Part shown: positions 39,920-53,135 of the stretch, piece by piece
How the letters are laid out: the number at the start of each line of letters is the position of its first letter
Numbering within the stretch: position 1 is the stretch's first letter
Source of the DNA: Eledone cirrhosa
Taxonomy: Eukaryota
Reading direction: 5' to 3'
Assembly: GCA_964016885.1 (NCBI GenBank)
Contig: CAXHJY010000129.1
Coordinates: forward strand, 1 to 64,000
DNA: 64,000 nucleotides
Position numbers and translations under genes: made by a program
Notes under the pieces: model-generated
The model's input: the letters and a program-made list of their open reading frames with translations, nothing else
Database searches by the model: none
Told to the model about the DNA's origin: nothing

Positions 39920-42900
39920 CTAGTAGAGGCACCCAGCATTGACCGGGAATGAAATTGTTCCTTATATATTAGAAGAAAAAAGCAAAATATGTTGTATAGA
40001 AATTTGTTATTTCAAATTTACTATATTCTTCAATTGTGATGCAAGATGAAATCAATTCTGAATTCTTAATATAAAAAAAAATAAATATATATAATAATTG
40101 TTACTACTTTTGGCACAAGGCCAGCTATTATCCCAGTACATTACTGGTACTTTTTTTATCGGCCCCGTAAGGATGAAAAGCAAAGTTAACCTCGGCGGGA
40201 TTTGAACTCAGAATGGCAAGGGCTGTAACTCTATGCGTCAAAGTGTTATGGCCGGCCAGTAATTGGGGGAGGGGAAAGTCGATTAAATCAAGCCCAGTAC
40301 ATTACTGGTACTTTATTTTATCAACCCTGTAAGTATAAAAGTTAACCTCGGTGGGATTTGAACTCAGACCGTAAAGGGCCGTAACTCTATGCTGCAAAGC
40401 ATGGTGTCCAACTCTGTACCGATACTGCCAATCCACTGCCCTTATATATATAAATATAATAATAATACTAAAAAACGAAAATACAAAATTTACCACTTTT
40501 ATGAAGGGAGATAAATTCTATCACATATGTTGAAGGAAATTACATAAGAGCTTCTAGGTAAACAACATTCTTTGTTTTCTGGTTTGAAGCAGAGACAAAT
40601 AAGTCTAGTAAACTTGGAGCAAGCAACATAAAGTTGACCATGAGAAAAGCAAGGTTCAATTAGGTGCAAGCCAGTAGATTTCAAAGTCTGATCTTGAGTT
40701 TTATTGATAGACATTGCGAAGCAAAGTCACACTGGGAATTGTGTTCGTTTGAACTCAAATGGCATGTCTGTTGGTTTGACTGGAATTCTTGGAATGAAAA
40801 CCTCTTTCCCAGAGTCACATCCAATGATGATGGTAGCTTCTATCACATTAGGTGATAATGTCTTCATAATCAACCATGTCCCATTGCATAATTTAGGAGG
40901 ATCTAAATTTCTTAGAAGCAGTATTGGTACTCCTACCTTCAGAAGAGGTTCATGTGGAGGAGTTCCATGTGGTTCAAGAGAATTAAGGAACTCTGTTGGC
41001 TAGTGGACAGCTTGATTTTCATCAAGGACTGAATCAATTGATTTGTAGTCCATAAGGTTTGTTGGAATCTTATTGCTACTGTCTCATTTTTAAAGCTAGA
41101 ATTGCCCTTTCACACAACCATTTATGTGAATTATAATTATTACTTAAATCTGGAAATACACCATTCTTCAATTCAGCTGGGGAATTCACCGTGATAGCAA
41201 TATGAGCCAAATTGATATCACCAATGGTACTTTCCCATTTCCTAATTGAAGGAGCCAGGTTGAAAATTGTTCTGCACATTGGTCGCCATGTAATAAAGCT
41301 CACATGTTCCAGCTGATGAAATAAAAGCATGCTTTTATTTCATCAGCTCTTGTTCCTCTCAGAATGACTGCTGATGTCTGCCTGAAGTCTCCTGATAAAA
41401 CTAATGTAACTCCTCCCATAGGTTTATTGTTGCCTCTTATGTTCTGTAAGGTCTTATCAAAAGCTTCCTATGTGACATGGTGCATTCATCCCAAATGATC
41501 AGATGGCATTGGTGCAACACTTCTGCTGAACATGGACCTTTGCTTATGTTGGACTGTCATTTGTGACCAGGTTTAGCAATAATTCAAAAACAGAATAAGC
41601 TGTTTGCTCTCCTGGGAGAAGGGTGGCAGCAATTCCAGATGATGTTACAGCAACTGCAACTCTTTTTTGCTGCCTTACCCTAGAAAGAAGCAATGTTGTT
41701 ACAAATGTTTTATCTGTGTCATCAAAAAAAAAAATTCCTCTGCTTTTTTCTCTGACTGACAAAAGGATTTCATAATATGCCCAGCGTTGTTCTGGAAGAA
41801 GTATAGGTTCATGTTCATTCACAAATGCAGCCAACTCTGTGATGTCATAATTTCTCTCTCTTGCTATGTCTCTAGACGTTAAACCACTAATTTGACGGTT
41901 TGTTTTTGGCAGTCCAGAACCAGACTCTTGTAAATTTTTGCCTCCCTTTGCCAAAACTTGATCCTCAATTTCAATCAGTTCTTGGTTAAAACATTTTTCA
42001 GAGAACTGAATATTGATATCTGGATTTGCCTGTTAAACTGCATACTTTAAACCCTAAGCCATGTCCTCACGATGTTTCATCCAAAGCTGTAGGGGACTTC
42101 CAAGTTGACACATGTCCAGCATAATTGCAAAAGAGTTACAGGGTTTCCTTGGAGAATCTGACACTGATGCTTCAGTCAATGCAAGCTCCCAATGATCATT
42201 ATTTTCTAAAAACACCTTTTTGATAGTAAACTTCCCTATAAGTTTCACACACATGACAATTTATCCTCCTCAAATCTTGAAATGATTTGGGAGCATGTAC
42301 TTCATGCAAGAGGAGCCGTAATTACTAGCATTCTGCTTGGCTTGGGTGGACACTGTAAACTCTTGCAAGAGCGTCAGCCCCACGTTTCTTCTTGTGCCAT
42401 TTATTGTTTCTCCAGGTGTAATAGTTGGGTAATTCTAGGTAAAGGAGTTTTCTTGCACCTTCATCTTCTTGAAACAACTTAAAAAAGGCAGTAAAGGTAG
42501 TTTCTTTTGGAGAAAGTGCTTGTTGCAAGGCTGTTTGTTTTGAAAAGATAACCCTTTTGCCATTCTCTAGATGGACACTGAGATGAATGATGACTGGGTG
42601 CCTCTCATTAATGGGATAATCGAAGATGGGCAAAAAGCCTCATTGCTACTGATGTATCTTCCTCTCTCATACTGTGCAACTTTGCCATTTTTATTTATCT
42701 GCTAACTGCCATTCTGCATAGGGGTGTATGTTGCATTATCTAAACCATTGTTTATAGATTCGTAAACATACTTAATAGACTTAACAGAGTTATAGAATTC
42801 AACATTGATATGGGCTTTGAAAGTTTTTGTAAGAAGAGGACAGTAGGATACAACCCACCGATTGTCAATGATGAATTCTTGCCCATTTCTCATTTTTTGG

Positions 42901-44690
42901 GAAGTGAATCCACCATGCCCAGGTTTTCCTCTCAAGTAAAGGGGGTAGCCACCTTCTCCAGTTTGGGTTTCTTGTACAAAGAGATGTGGGTAGTTCTTGG
43001 TACACTTATGCATGGAGAGGATGGATTAATTGAACCACAGGGCCCATGAATCATCTGGGACTTGACAATTTCATGCAGGAAAGGATCTTGCAGTGGATCA
43101 GGCAGTTCAGAAGAGATAGATAAATAAATAAATAAATATCATTTAGCTGAAGTTTTTCAAGTAACCAAATCAAAATGTGGGCATGTGGCAATTCTCATTT
43201 TTGCCATTCAATTGTGTACATGTCACATTTGATTGGTCCAAAGACTTCACATCTTTTTAGGCGATCCATCAACATTATAACTTTAAGTCTGAACATCCTA
43301 GCAATAATATCATGACGATCTTTGGGTTCTTGATGATGATAAAGCTCACTCTTTACTTCATGCCATGCTGGGTTACATGTGAATGGAATGAGGAGGTCTG
43401 GACGACCATAGTGTCTGACATGTAAGTGCATCTTGGGTATGCTCATGCATATTCCGTGGACTTCCTGTAAAGCTTGATGGAAGAATGACATAAATCTATC
43501 CAATGTTATCAGCAGCCAATATTCCTTCTTTACTGATTACATCTCAGGTGAATATAATCTGATGCATGGAGATCTTTCTGGTGTGTTCTAATGTAAAGAA
43601 GCCTTTCTCCTTCAATTTTTGTATATATATATCAACTGCAAATTGGTGGAAGAGCTCAGGTGATCGATGAAGAATATTGAAGTTTTGTTCTCTTACTATG
43701 AAAAGGTAAACATAGAATTCCATACAGCTTACTGTTTGTGTCAGTGCAGGAGCTCTTCTTTTAAGATCTGCTTTTTTTAAGATACCAAAGTGATATCCAT
43801 CTTGGCCAAATACACAGATTAATGAATACTGGAGTGCATCATATAATCGGTGGGTTGCATGTATCTGCTGCATCTTATTTCCTCTTCCTTGAATAATAAT
43901 ATCTCTCTTTCCATACTTGTCACCTGTAATAATTGTCGCTACTTCATTTACGGCAGGGGCATTGTAGCAGCCACTGTCTTCAGTAACAGGCTTTTTTATA
44001 TTCAGTGAGTGGTGCAGATTGTAATGCATACTTAAAGTTTCTGATGTAGCTATTCTTTGCATGCACCGTATCTTACAGATCAAAGATTAACTCTTCTTTC
44101 AAATTTGGAAGGTTAAATGACCATTACAAAGCCTTCTCCTTGTAATTGGCCACAAAATATAGCTGTAAAAACTCAGGATTTTTGCTTTAAGGTGGCAACA
44201 AAGATCCAATACGATGGCATACTTGACCTTGAACGTTTAAAGTTGGCTTTATGTTCCCTTCTCTTATAATATACCAAAGGAGGTCATTTGGAAAGCAGAA
44301 TTATAATACTCAATGTTTTTCAAGAAGTGCATGCTCCTTGATGTGATTCCCAAAAGCAATACCTTCAAAGTATCTGGAGGTGTACCAAACGTCGGTAAAA
44401 CAACCGTTGCTCCACCACAACACGTAGTGGTGGTTTCTCTTTCCCATTTCTTTCCTTTACAAAAACTGCACTCTTTTGACATTGCTTCAATATCAATCAG
44501 TTTCTCTGTAGAGTAATCATGTTTTGGATCATAGTTGAAAGCTGATCTTTTCCAAGTCCACTTGAAAGGTACAACTCTATTGTCAAACATATTCAGCCTA
44601 TCTTGATCAAGATGCTTACGTCTCTCCTCTGAGGATTGGCGAAGTCTGGCAGCAACTATTTGCTCCTGGCTTTTTCTTTGTTTAATACCC
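39920..44690 (-). mobile_element. Degraded autonomous Helitron (RepHel)
   Basis: Fragmented ORFs: CSFC..CC, YNSAFQMTSFG, Rep motifs GRPDLLIPFTCNPAW, IEWQK*ELPHAHIL, SIKYVY; Pif1 helicase motifs SSGIAATLL, GDFRQT, FSHGQLYVACS. 3' end is hairpin CCCGG-TCAATG-CTGGG (39932-39947) then CTAG|T at 39920-39923. Confidence 0.93.
40100..40445 (-). mobile_element. Two adjacent family-A SINE copies inside the Helitron 3' region
   Basis: Reverse-complement core ACTGGTACTTT..ATC..GGGATTTGAACTCAGA occurs twice. Confidence 0.8.
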
Positions 44691-44699
44691 CCTTTACTA

Positions 44700-46046
44700 T
44701 AGTGTCTATAACCTACTTGGGGTGGTTTGAGTGCCTATTTACGTACTGCAGGTTCTCGTTGGGCTTGTGATACGGTCGGTATAAGCCTGTATCCAGTTCT
44801 AAGGATACGTCTAGGAAGTTTACTGTCTTAGTGCTATTTTCTATTAGCACGGATAAGCCGTGCTGCTTAAAGAAATATGAGATGCGTTTCCGCATGTGCT
44901 CCAGCTGGATAGAGTTTAGTTAGCAGAAGGTAAATAGGTGGTGTCTCTATATATCCCACCGCCTATCCCTGGAATCTCCTCTGCTACCCTATGGAGTAGA
45001 TAAATTCCCACCAGGTCCGTCACCTCTGCGGAGTCGCTCAAGCCCATGGTGATGTCGAAACTGTCGGGTCTGGCTCTCCTTTCCCACAATCTACCGTTAA
45101 ATCTAATGAGCGTCTTTCTAGCAGCTATAATGATGCCCACGTCACCTCTAGTTAAGTTGGACCTTGCCATAGCGCTCATGAGGGCCTTGTTTACAATTAA
45201 TGGTGAGATAGACGCGTAGTAATTTGCTATGTCCAGCTGCATGAAGTCCACTTGCTGTTTAGTGGGCAGCGCTGTAAACCAGTCTATTACCTCCTTTGTC
45301 GAAGTCCATAAGCTAAGTCTATTTCTATTCATAAGTGTGGGAAGGATCATATCTATTATATTGTTACTGGCCCTATCTAGGTCGGACTTGGGGGGTATTA
45401 TTAGTCTAATGGGGAGGTTAGTCTTAAAGTCTAATTTATGATCCTTGATAGAAATCCGCAGTTTTCTAGGTACGTACTGTTCTATCCTGTCTGCTACCTC
45501 TAGTCCCGTCATTAATTTTTTGGTCGTGTTGTTGATTCTGTCAAGGTTGTCCTGTCCGGTAATCCTATAAATCTTCCTAATCTCTTTCTCAATGCATTTT
45601 CTGTAGGTTCTGTGGTTCATCCTGTAAATGTTACCCATCTTATCTGAAGGTACAAGTAAGTCCGGGCAACTCTCCATGCTTTTAATCTTGGAGCTGAGGT
45701 CCTTCAGGTACTCAGTTCCACACGCTGCATTCCTGTTGAATTGTATGTTCCTTACGATGCTTACTAGGCGGTTTTCAAACACTTCCAGTGCCCCGTTGTG
45801 CGGTGGTTGTCTGGACTTGAAAATCCTCCTAAGGTCGTCGCGGGTGATGTCCTGTGTATGTTGTGTATTCCTGTTGTTGTAGTGGAAGGCGTGCCATCTC
45901 ATGCGCCTGACAAAAGAGTTGGTATGGTGGATGAGTAGGTGAAGGTAGGTGTTGTCTGAAGAGATCGGGATATCTTTGGATGAGGAAGAGTACTGGAATC
46001 TCTCCATGGCAATTCGCTTCAAGCGCTCGACTTGGGGAGGAGCGAA
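44700..46046 (-). pseudogene. PLE N-terminal and RT region, frameshifted and 3'-truncated, abutting the Helitron
   Basis: SSKDIP, FVRRMRWHAF, PSDKMGNIY, IKDHK, IRLI, QLDIANYYASI, TMGLSDSAEVTDLVG, IYRD (frameshift), VNFLDVSLEL, PYHKPN, HSNHP. Same type as 3703-4915. Confidence 0.9.
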
Positions 46047-46392
46047 ATAATTGGTGTTGGAGGCTTAAAGCGTATGTATGCGGTAGGCCATTTGAGCATT
46101 CGATGCTCTCATAGAGCAGAGTATGATATCACAGAAAAAAGAGAATCAGTGTTGCGACGAGAGAAACGATTGTAATATGTCCAATAAATTCCATTTGTTG
46201 CAACACTGATCTCTTTTTTTCTGTGATATCATTCTCTGCTCTATGAGAGCATTGAGTGCTCAAATGGCCTACCGCATACAGACGCTTTAAGCATCCAACG
46301 CCAATTATATATATATGTTACCAGTAGCACTCAAGAGTGATCCGATGCACACATATATATATATATATACACATACATACATATATATATAT

Positions 46393-46429
<37 letters not shown>

Positions 46430-46430
<1 letters not shown>

Positions 46431-46632
46431 CATCATCATCATCATCATCAGGTTTAGCGTCCGTGTCCCACGCTTGCATGGGTTTGGACGGGGGTTTTCC
46501 CACTTGAGGCAAGAGTGGTTGTCTTGCTCGCATAGGACTGTCTGGCGGGTTTTCTACAGTTGGATGCCCTTCCTAACACCAACCACATTTACAGTGTGGG
46601 GCTGGGAGGTTTTTACCGTGTTGCCTACACAT
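46430..46632 (-). mobile_element. SINE family B, 3' part (V-domain-like core, RTE-like (GAT)n tail)
   Basis: Minus strand GGTTGGTGTTAGGAAGGGCATCC..AACCCATGC..(GAT)n. Further copies at 49040-49300, 53405-53660 and 54862-55100; tail-only pieces at about 838-885 and 61925-61975. Confidence 0.7.
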
Positions 46633-47678
46633 ATTGTCTATGAATTTGTAAATAGGGAAAATTTTAAAGTTTGGATGTTGGTTGTGTGCACAATTGGCGA
46701 TATGTTCACAACCAACATCCAAACTTTAAAATTTTCCCCATTTACAAATTCATAGACAACGCTACTTCCATCCATCGTACCAATAAGGAATCATTTTTCA
46801 TTAACAAATTCCAACCTCTACTTAATGCACTAAAAATCGGACCAAACTAAAGCTGCAACAAACAATCAAACATTTACAAGAGTTACCTCCCACACCCTAC
46901 CTAATCCTTTTTCTTAAATAAATTAAATATCATCCAGCATGAATTGCTTCCCCCTGTATATTAACTCTCTAAAAAGGGAAATCATATCAAACCTCAGTCC
47001 ACCATTTGCCTCCATCATGGAATCATGGATCAACTAAGCACTTTTGCTATGTTAACACTTTTTGATCTGCTTAACTTCAAGAACGCATGTATGCGTATAT
47101 TTGTGTGACTATTTATGTGTGTGTGTATGCATGGATATGTGTGTATGCTTCTGTGTGCACATGTGGGAACGTAAGCACACAAGCTACTCTGCATGTATCT
47201 GTCAGTATCTGTGTGTGTGTGTGTGTGGGAGTGAGAACAGGCAAACAGCAGTAATTTTGCCGACGGGGCAGTGGGTGAGTGACAGCTCGCCCTGATGATC
47301 AGCGGGCTGCTACCAGTGGTCAGAATAATGATGACGTCACTAACCAGTGACCAACCCAAGGATGCGCAAAGCGGATGAAGGTGGACGATATAGGCTTGTG
47401 GGGCCAGAAAACCCCAGAAAGAGGATATGATCCGAAATCAATAGACGTATCCGTGGAACTTGCGAGTCTAGAGTCAGGTAGATCCACACACGGATCGCAC
47501 CTCGAGGTGTTTGCCGGGGAAACAGATGTAACACACAATAAATTGAGTTCCGATGCATCACTGATTTTTTATTTTCCATTCTATCATACTCTGCTCCATA
47601 GGAGCATAGAGTGCTCAACCGGCATACCGCCTATGGAAGCATCTTAGCTACCATTAGACATATATATATATATATGTT

Positions 47679-47716
<38 letters not shown>

Positions 47717-47814
47717 TGTATGTGTGTGTGTATATGTATATATATATATATATATATGTGTTTGTGTGTATGTATATATGTGTGTGTGAATATATATATA
47801 TGTATGTGTATATA

Positions 47815-49008
47815 TATCATCATCACCGTTTTACGTCCATTCTTCCACACTCCACGATCGGTTTGCAATGGGAGAGCATGGGGCATATTGTCTATATGCT
47901 TCAGCTTCAACTTGTACCCATGCGAAGTCGGATCTTCTGTATTACTGCGTGACGCTAGAGGCCACGGTCGTGTGTCATCGCCTTTGAGAGGTGTAATTGG
48001 GAAAAGCGACTTTTATCACCTCATCCCAGGTCTTCTTGGGTCTCCCCACTCCGCAGTTTCCATCAACTTCTAGTGTTCTGCACCTTTTTATGCAGCTGTC
48101 ATCCTTCATACACATCACATGTCCATACCAACACAACCACGTCTCCTGCACACAGCATTTAATTCCTCTTATGCACAGTCTCTCTCTCAATTCATTTCTG
48201 CTTCGCCGTTCGCGTATATTACTATAACACATCCATCGGAGCATGCAGTCTTCGTTTCTTTCTAATCTATGCAAGTCTTCTACACACAGCACCCAGGTCT
48301 CACTACCATGTAACATTGCTGTTCGTATATACACATCATACAGTCTGCCTTTTATTTTGAGGGAAAAGCCTTTTGCAGTTAGCAGTGGCAGTAGCTCCCT
48401 GAACTTCTTCCATCCCGTTCTTACCCTAGTTATTGTACTTTCCGAACACCCACCTCTGCTGCTAATTTGGTCACCTAGGTAGCAGAAGCTATCTACTGTT
48501 TCTACAGAGCCCTCCCAGAGTCTGGTAGTGCTTGTTTCCTGTGGCCGTTTGCTGATTACTGTCCCGGTGCAGCTGTTACATGTAAAGCCTACAGTCCTAA
48601 CTAAGCTTCCTGAGATCCCACTACATCTCTTGTGTACCCATAGTTTGAATTTGGGGCAGAGGATGAAATTCCTACCTACACCTTTCCTACATACTGAGCA
48701 AGGCCATTTCCCTGAGGGCATCTGGGTTCTGTTTTCTCGTCTACGTATGAGGATCTTAGTTTTTGTCAGGTTGACTTTGTGACTCCTTCTTTCTAATCCC
48801 TGCTTCCATGTTTGGAATTTCTTCTTTAATTCCGCCATAGATTCAGCTATATGTGTAAGATCATCCGCATACATAAGTTACCATGGGCATCCGGTCTTAG
48901 ACTACTCTGTTATAGCCTGCAATACTAAAATGAACAAGAGAGGGCTAAGAACAGAGCCCTGGTAGACACCAACCTGTGTGCTAAATTCCTCACTATAGTC
49001 ATTGTTAT
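47815..49008 (-). mobile_element. RTE-clade LINE, 5'-truncated (RT C-terminal half)
   Basis: ORF 47975..48874: YADDL, KVNLTKTK, Cys-rich insert, FCYLG, MLHGSETW, WYGHV, GRPKKTW; (GAT)n tail at about 47818. Confidence 0.92.
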
Positions 49009-49439
49009 ATATATATATGTCTGTGAGTGTATATATATCAGCATCATCATCATCTTCGTTTAATGTCTATCTTCCATGCTAGCATGGGTTAGACGGGAGT
49101 TGTCCCACTTGTGGCAAGGTTGGTCGGGTGACCGTGTCTCGCTCATATAGGACTATCTGGCAGATTTTCTATGGCTGCATGCCCTTCCTAACACCAACCA
49201 CATTTACAGTGTGGAACTGGGAACTTTTTACCGTGTGACATACACATCCACATTACAGCGTGGACTGTTTTTTTTTTATCATGACACCTACACGATCTCG
49301 ATCTCATTATCGCATATATTTGGACTGGATGTTGTGGTACCAACTTTAAAGAGAGAGGATGGTATTAGTAGGAGTGGGAGGATAGGGTAGGGGTAGTTGA
49401 TTGGGGTGTATATTTGGTTAAGAGGTGCCTACTGACTGT

Positions 49440-50682
49440 AGGTTTCGCTTTGTACATAGGCAAGGCGGGTCTTCTGTATTAATGTGTAGCACAAAAGATC
49501 TCAGTCCAGTGACATTGTCTTAGAGAGGTGTAAGTGTGTAAGGTCGGAATTTATCAAATTGTCCCAGTTTTTTCTGGGTCTACCTACTCCATAACTACCA
49601 TCAATTTTGATCGCCATGCACTTTTTTATACAGCTGTCGTCTTTCATGCACATTATGTGACCGTACCAACGTAGTCTTCTCTCGAGTAAACAACATCTGA
49701 TCCCTCTTATTCCTAATTTCTCCCTTAGTTCGATTATGCTTTTCCGTTCACGTATATTACTATAACACAGCCAACGGAGCATGCATGCTTTGTTCCTTTC
49801 CAGTCTATGCAGGTCCTCTGCACACAATGCCCATGTCTCACTGCCATGTAGCATTGCAGGTATCATACAATCTGCTTTACATTTTTAGAGTGAAACCTTT
49901 TGTGGCCAATAGTGGTATAAGCTCTCTGAACTTTTTCCATCCCATTCTAACTCTGGCTACTGTACATTCAGAGCATCCTCCACCACTGCTGATTAAACGG
50001 ATTGTCCCCTATTTCTATAGAACCCTCTGAGCAGTTGAAGGAGCTAGAATTCTGTGGGCACTTGCTACTCATTGCACCTGAGCATCGGCCACATACAAAA
50101 TCTATGTTCTTAGATAACTTACCTGTGATCCCACTATACATCTGTTATGTACCCATAGTTTGCATTTGGGACATAAAATGAAATTTCTGCCTACTCCTTT
50201 CCTACACACTGAGCATGGCCATTTCCCAGAGGGCACCTGTGCCCTATTTCCCTTTCTGCAAACTAGAACTTTATTCTTAGACAAGTTAACTTTAAGGTCT
50301 TTTGATTCTAGGCCATGCTTCCATGTTTGGAATTTCTTCTCTAGTTCAGCCATAGATTCAGCTCTGAGAGTTAGATCATCTGCATATAGGAGTTCCCACG
50401 GGCAGCCGGTCTTAAACTCCTCTGTTATAGCCTGAAGGGCAATAATAAATAGGAGGGGTCTAAGGACAGAGTCTTGATCAACACCAACTTTTACACTAAA
50501 TTCTTCACAATATTCATTGTTAATTCTAATCTTACTGAATGTTTCTTTATACATAGCTTGTATAGCTCTCACAAGCCATTCATCTACACCTAGTTTTCTA
50601 AGAGCCCACCAGATAATGGAGCGGGGGACTCTGTCAAAGGCTTTCTCCAGGTCTACAAAAGCTAAGTAGAGGGGTTTGCTTT
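49440..50682 (-). mobile_element. RTE-clade LINE fragment, frameshifted
   Basis: AFVDLEKAFD, GVDQDSVL, LLYADDL, Cys-rich insert, LHGSETW, LRWYGH, GRPRKNW. Confidence 0.9.
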
Positions 50683-50794
50683 TATATATATATATATATC
50701 TTTGAAAATTTTCATTTTATTTGTGCTTTCAGCTAGCTACTTGAATTTGATTTAATATAAAATTTTTCCATAATATGCTTTATTTTTGTTTCAG

Positions 50795-51009
50795 GTGCTC
50801 CCATGATTACCTTGATATATATGCTGAATTGCAAAGTGACTCTGATAGTCTTCTAGATGCTTCCTTGACAGGCCGTTTCTGTGGAGATGTTCTTAAAAAT
50901 CTCCCACGGCTTGTTATATCATCAAGAAACGTTCTCATGCTCGGCTTCTATACTGATGATTATAAAGCCGATAAAGGATTCTCAGTATCCTATGAATTTA
51001 TTGATGGCG
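50795..51009 (+). CDS. Internal coding exon: C-terminal part of a CUB domain, SOL-1 (suppressor of lurcher)-like or cubilin-like
   Basis: Polypyrimidine tract + TTTCAG acceptor and G|GTAAGT donor; 215 bp, phase 2 to phase 1. Peptide CSHDYLDIYAEL..GRFCG..P..VISSRNVLMLGFYTD..KGFSVSYEF fits the CUB pattern C.DY..I..G.FCG..S.N...F.TD....GF...Y. The SOL-1 resemblance is from recall, not a search. Confidence 0.88.
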
Positions 51010-51464
51010 GTAAGTATTATTTTATTTCCTCGATTTTTCAATTATGCAAATACATCACTGATTCTCCTTCAGCACATTTGGCTCCAGACCTCTGCTGAAT
51101 TATCTGTCCTTGCTAAGCTAACAAATGTTATATAATAATAATTTAAAATGAATTACTAGAAACTTCTCACATATTAATATTTCACTACCAAACCTTCTCA
51201 ACACATCATTTTATCACCACTATTTTATGAATATTTTCCATGTTTACATGGTTTTAGTGGATGATCACTGTTTGATGCTAAATATGCAGATGAGATCAAT
51301 GTGTCTTGCTCATGCATTACATTTTGGCCTGGTCTCTATGTCTAGAAGCCCCTCCTAATGTCAACTACATCAGGATGTGTATTAGGTTTCTTTTCTCATA
51401 GCACCTGATTATATTTCCTAAAAATACATTATGAAACACCCTTTCTACTTCTCAATTATAGTAA

Positions 51465-51680
51465 TGGTTTCTGGTTTAGGCACAAGGCCAACAAATTTTG
51501 GCAAGGGGAACGTTGATTTAATAAACCCTAGTGCATTACTGATGAGTCATTTTATCAACCTTATAAGGATGAAAGGCAAAGCTAACCGCAGCAGGATTTG
51601 AAATCAGAATGTAAAGGAACGTAACTCTATGTTGCAAAGCATGTTGTTTGATACTCTACCAATACTGACATTCCACTCTC
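51465..51680 (-). mobile_element. tRNA-derived SINE, family A, diverged
   Basis: TTTTATCAACC..AAGGATGAAAGGCAAAG..GGATTTGAA matches the reverse complement of 388-570. Confidence 0.75.
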
Positions 51681-53089
51681 TAACAATAATAATATAAGAG
51701 CACAAATGTTTTCAAACTTGCACTGTTTAGAAGCCATAACTAGGGATAAATGTAAGCAAAATAAGCCAAGAATTTGCCAAATTCACTGGAAGTGTGACAG
51801 TCACCAATATCTGCATATTTAGATGTTTGCAAGCAATGCACAGCATTACCTGTGGCTCTTCAGTAAATTTCTCTGGTGAGTTACAAAAAAGTCACCTGCC
51901 CTCTTTTAATTTTTTAATTATATCCAGATTAAAAGAGGTGTTGAATGACCTGTAAAGTACTCCCAGCTCATTAAAAATGGGGGAGGGGGAATCGGTAATT
52001 TTTTTCAAGTTGTCTTCCTTGAATTTTTTTAAAACCCAGATTTAGTCGTTTAGTTTACATATTGACACCCCAACTCATCCTATTTATCTTATAATGTATG
52101 GGATTTCTTCACAATATATTTTTTTGTCATTCATAATATTTTTTAATGTCTAAAGAAAATTAATTACAATAAAATTTCGGCAGAAATAGATTAGCAAAAT
52201 GTAATATGCAGGTGGGTTGGAATAAGAGTGGGGTGGTGGGAATGGTGGAAAAATCTGAAAAATTGATAAGCAGTGGGGGAAGATGATTATTCAAGACCCA
52301 AGACTAGTTGTTTTTGGTGTCACAATAAGATGCACTCAGTACTCTCTCTGATGTGTTTGGATGTGTTTGTTATCAGTTGTATGTGTTTTATCATGCAATT
52401 GTATATGTTTGTTAGCAGGAATAAGTGTGTCTTCTAGTTAGTATGTGTGCAAGAATGTGTGAATATGTGTGCAAGCATATGTTAGTAGGAGTCAGAATGT
52501 GAGAGTTTGTGCATCTGTATTAGTATTCTTCAGTTAAAACTGTATTTATATATAATATAATTGATAATTAATCAATCAAAGTAAAAAAAAAAAAATGTTG
52601 CTATCGTAAAAAAATTATCTGATATAGAAAACTGAATTATTCAATATGTTTTGAAGATTATTAATTTGAATCTATGTAATACTCAATTTTCTGCTTTATT
52701 TGTTTTTTCTATATATATTTTTACTTAGTTTTGAATTATATAAAAATATTTTCTTTTTCATTTTATTTTCTCAATCTCTATCTTTCAATCTCTCATTTTA
52801 TATTCTGATGAAGGACTAACGTCCAAAACATTAAGATGCTTCTCCTACTATATCAAGTGTTAAACTAATATATATCATCATTGTACAATATTACTTTTCC
52901 TTGTTGACATTTTGCATACATACATACATGAGTGGGATTGGTTGAGTACAAGGCCTTTCCTCACTTAAAAAACCTTGCTTGTTCAGGATATTTTACAGGT
53001 TCATGTGGCTGACCATAGCCTACAAGTGCACCAAACTCTATAATCTGACAAGCGATTGCAGAACTCTTACCAGAGTTTGCAGCCATCAT

Positions 53090-53135
<46 letters not shown>

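Noticed and set aside
50775-51098. Standalone 107-aa gene
   Set aside because: CUB similarity is confined between the AG and GT splice sites; both ORF ends are intronic read-through.
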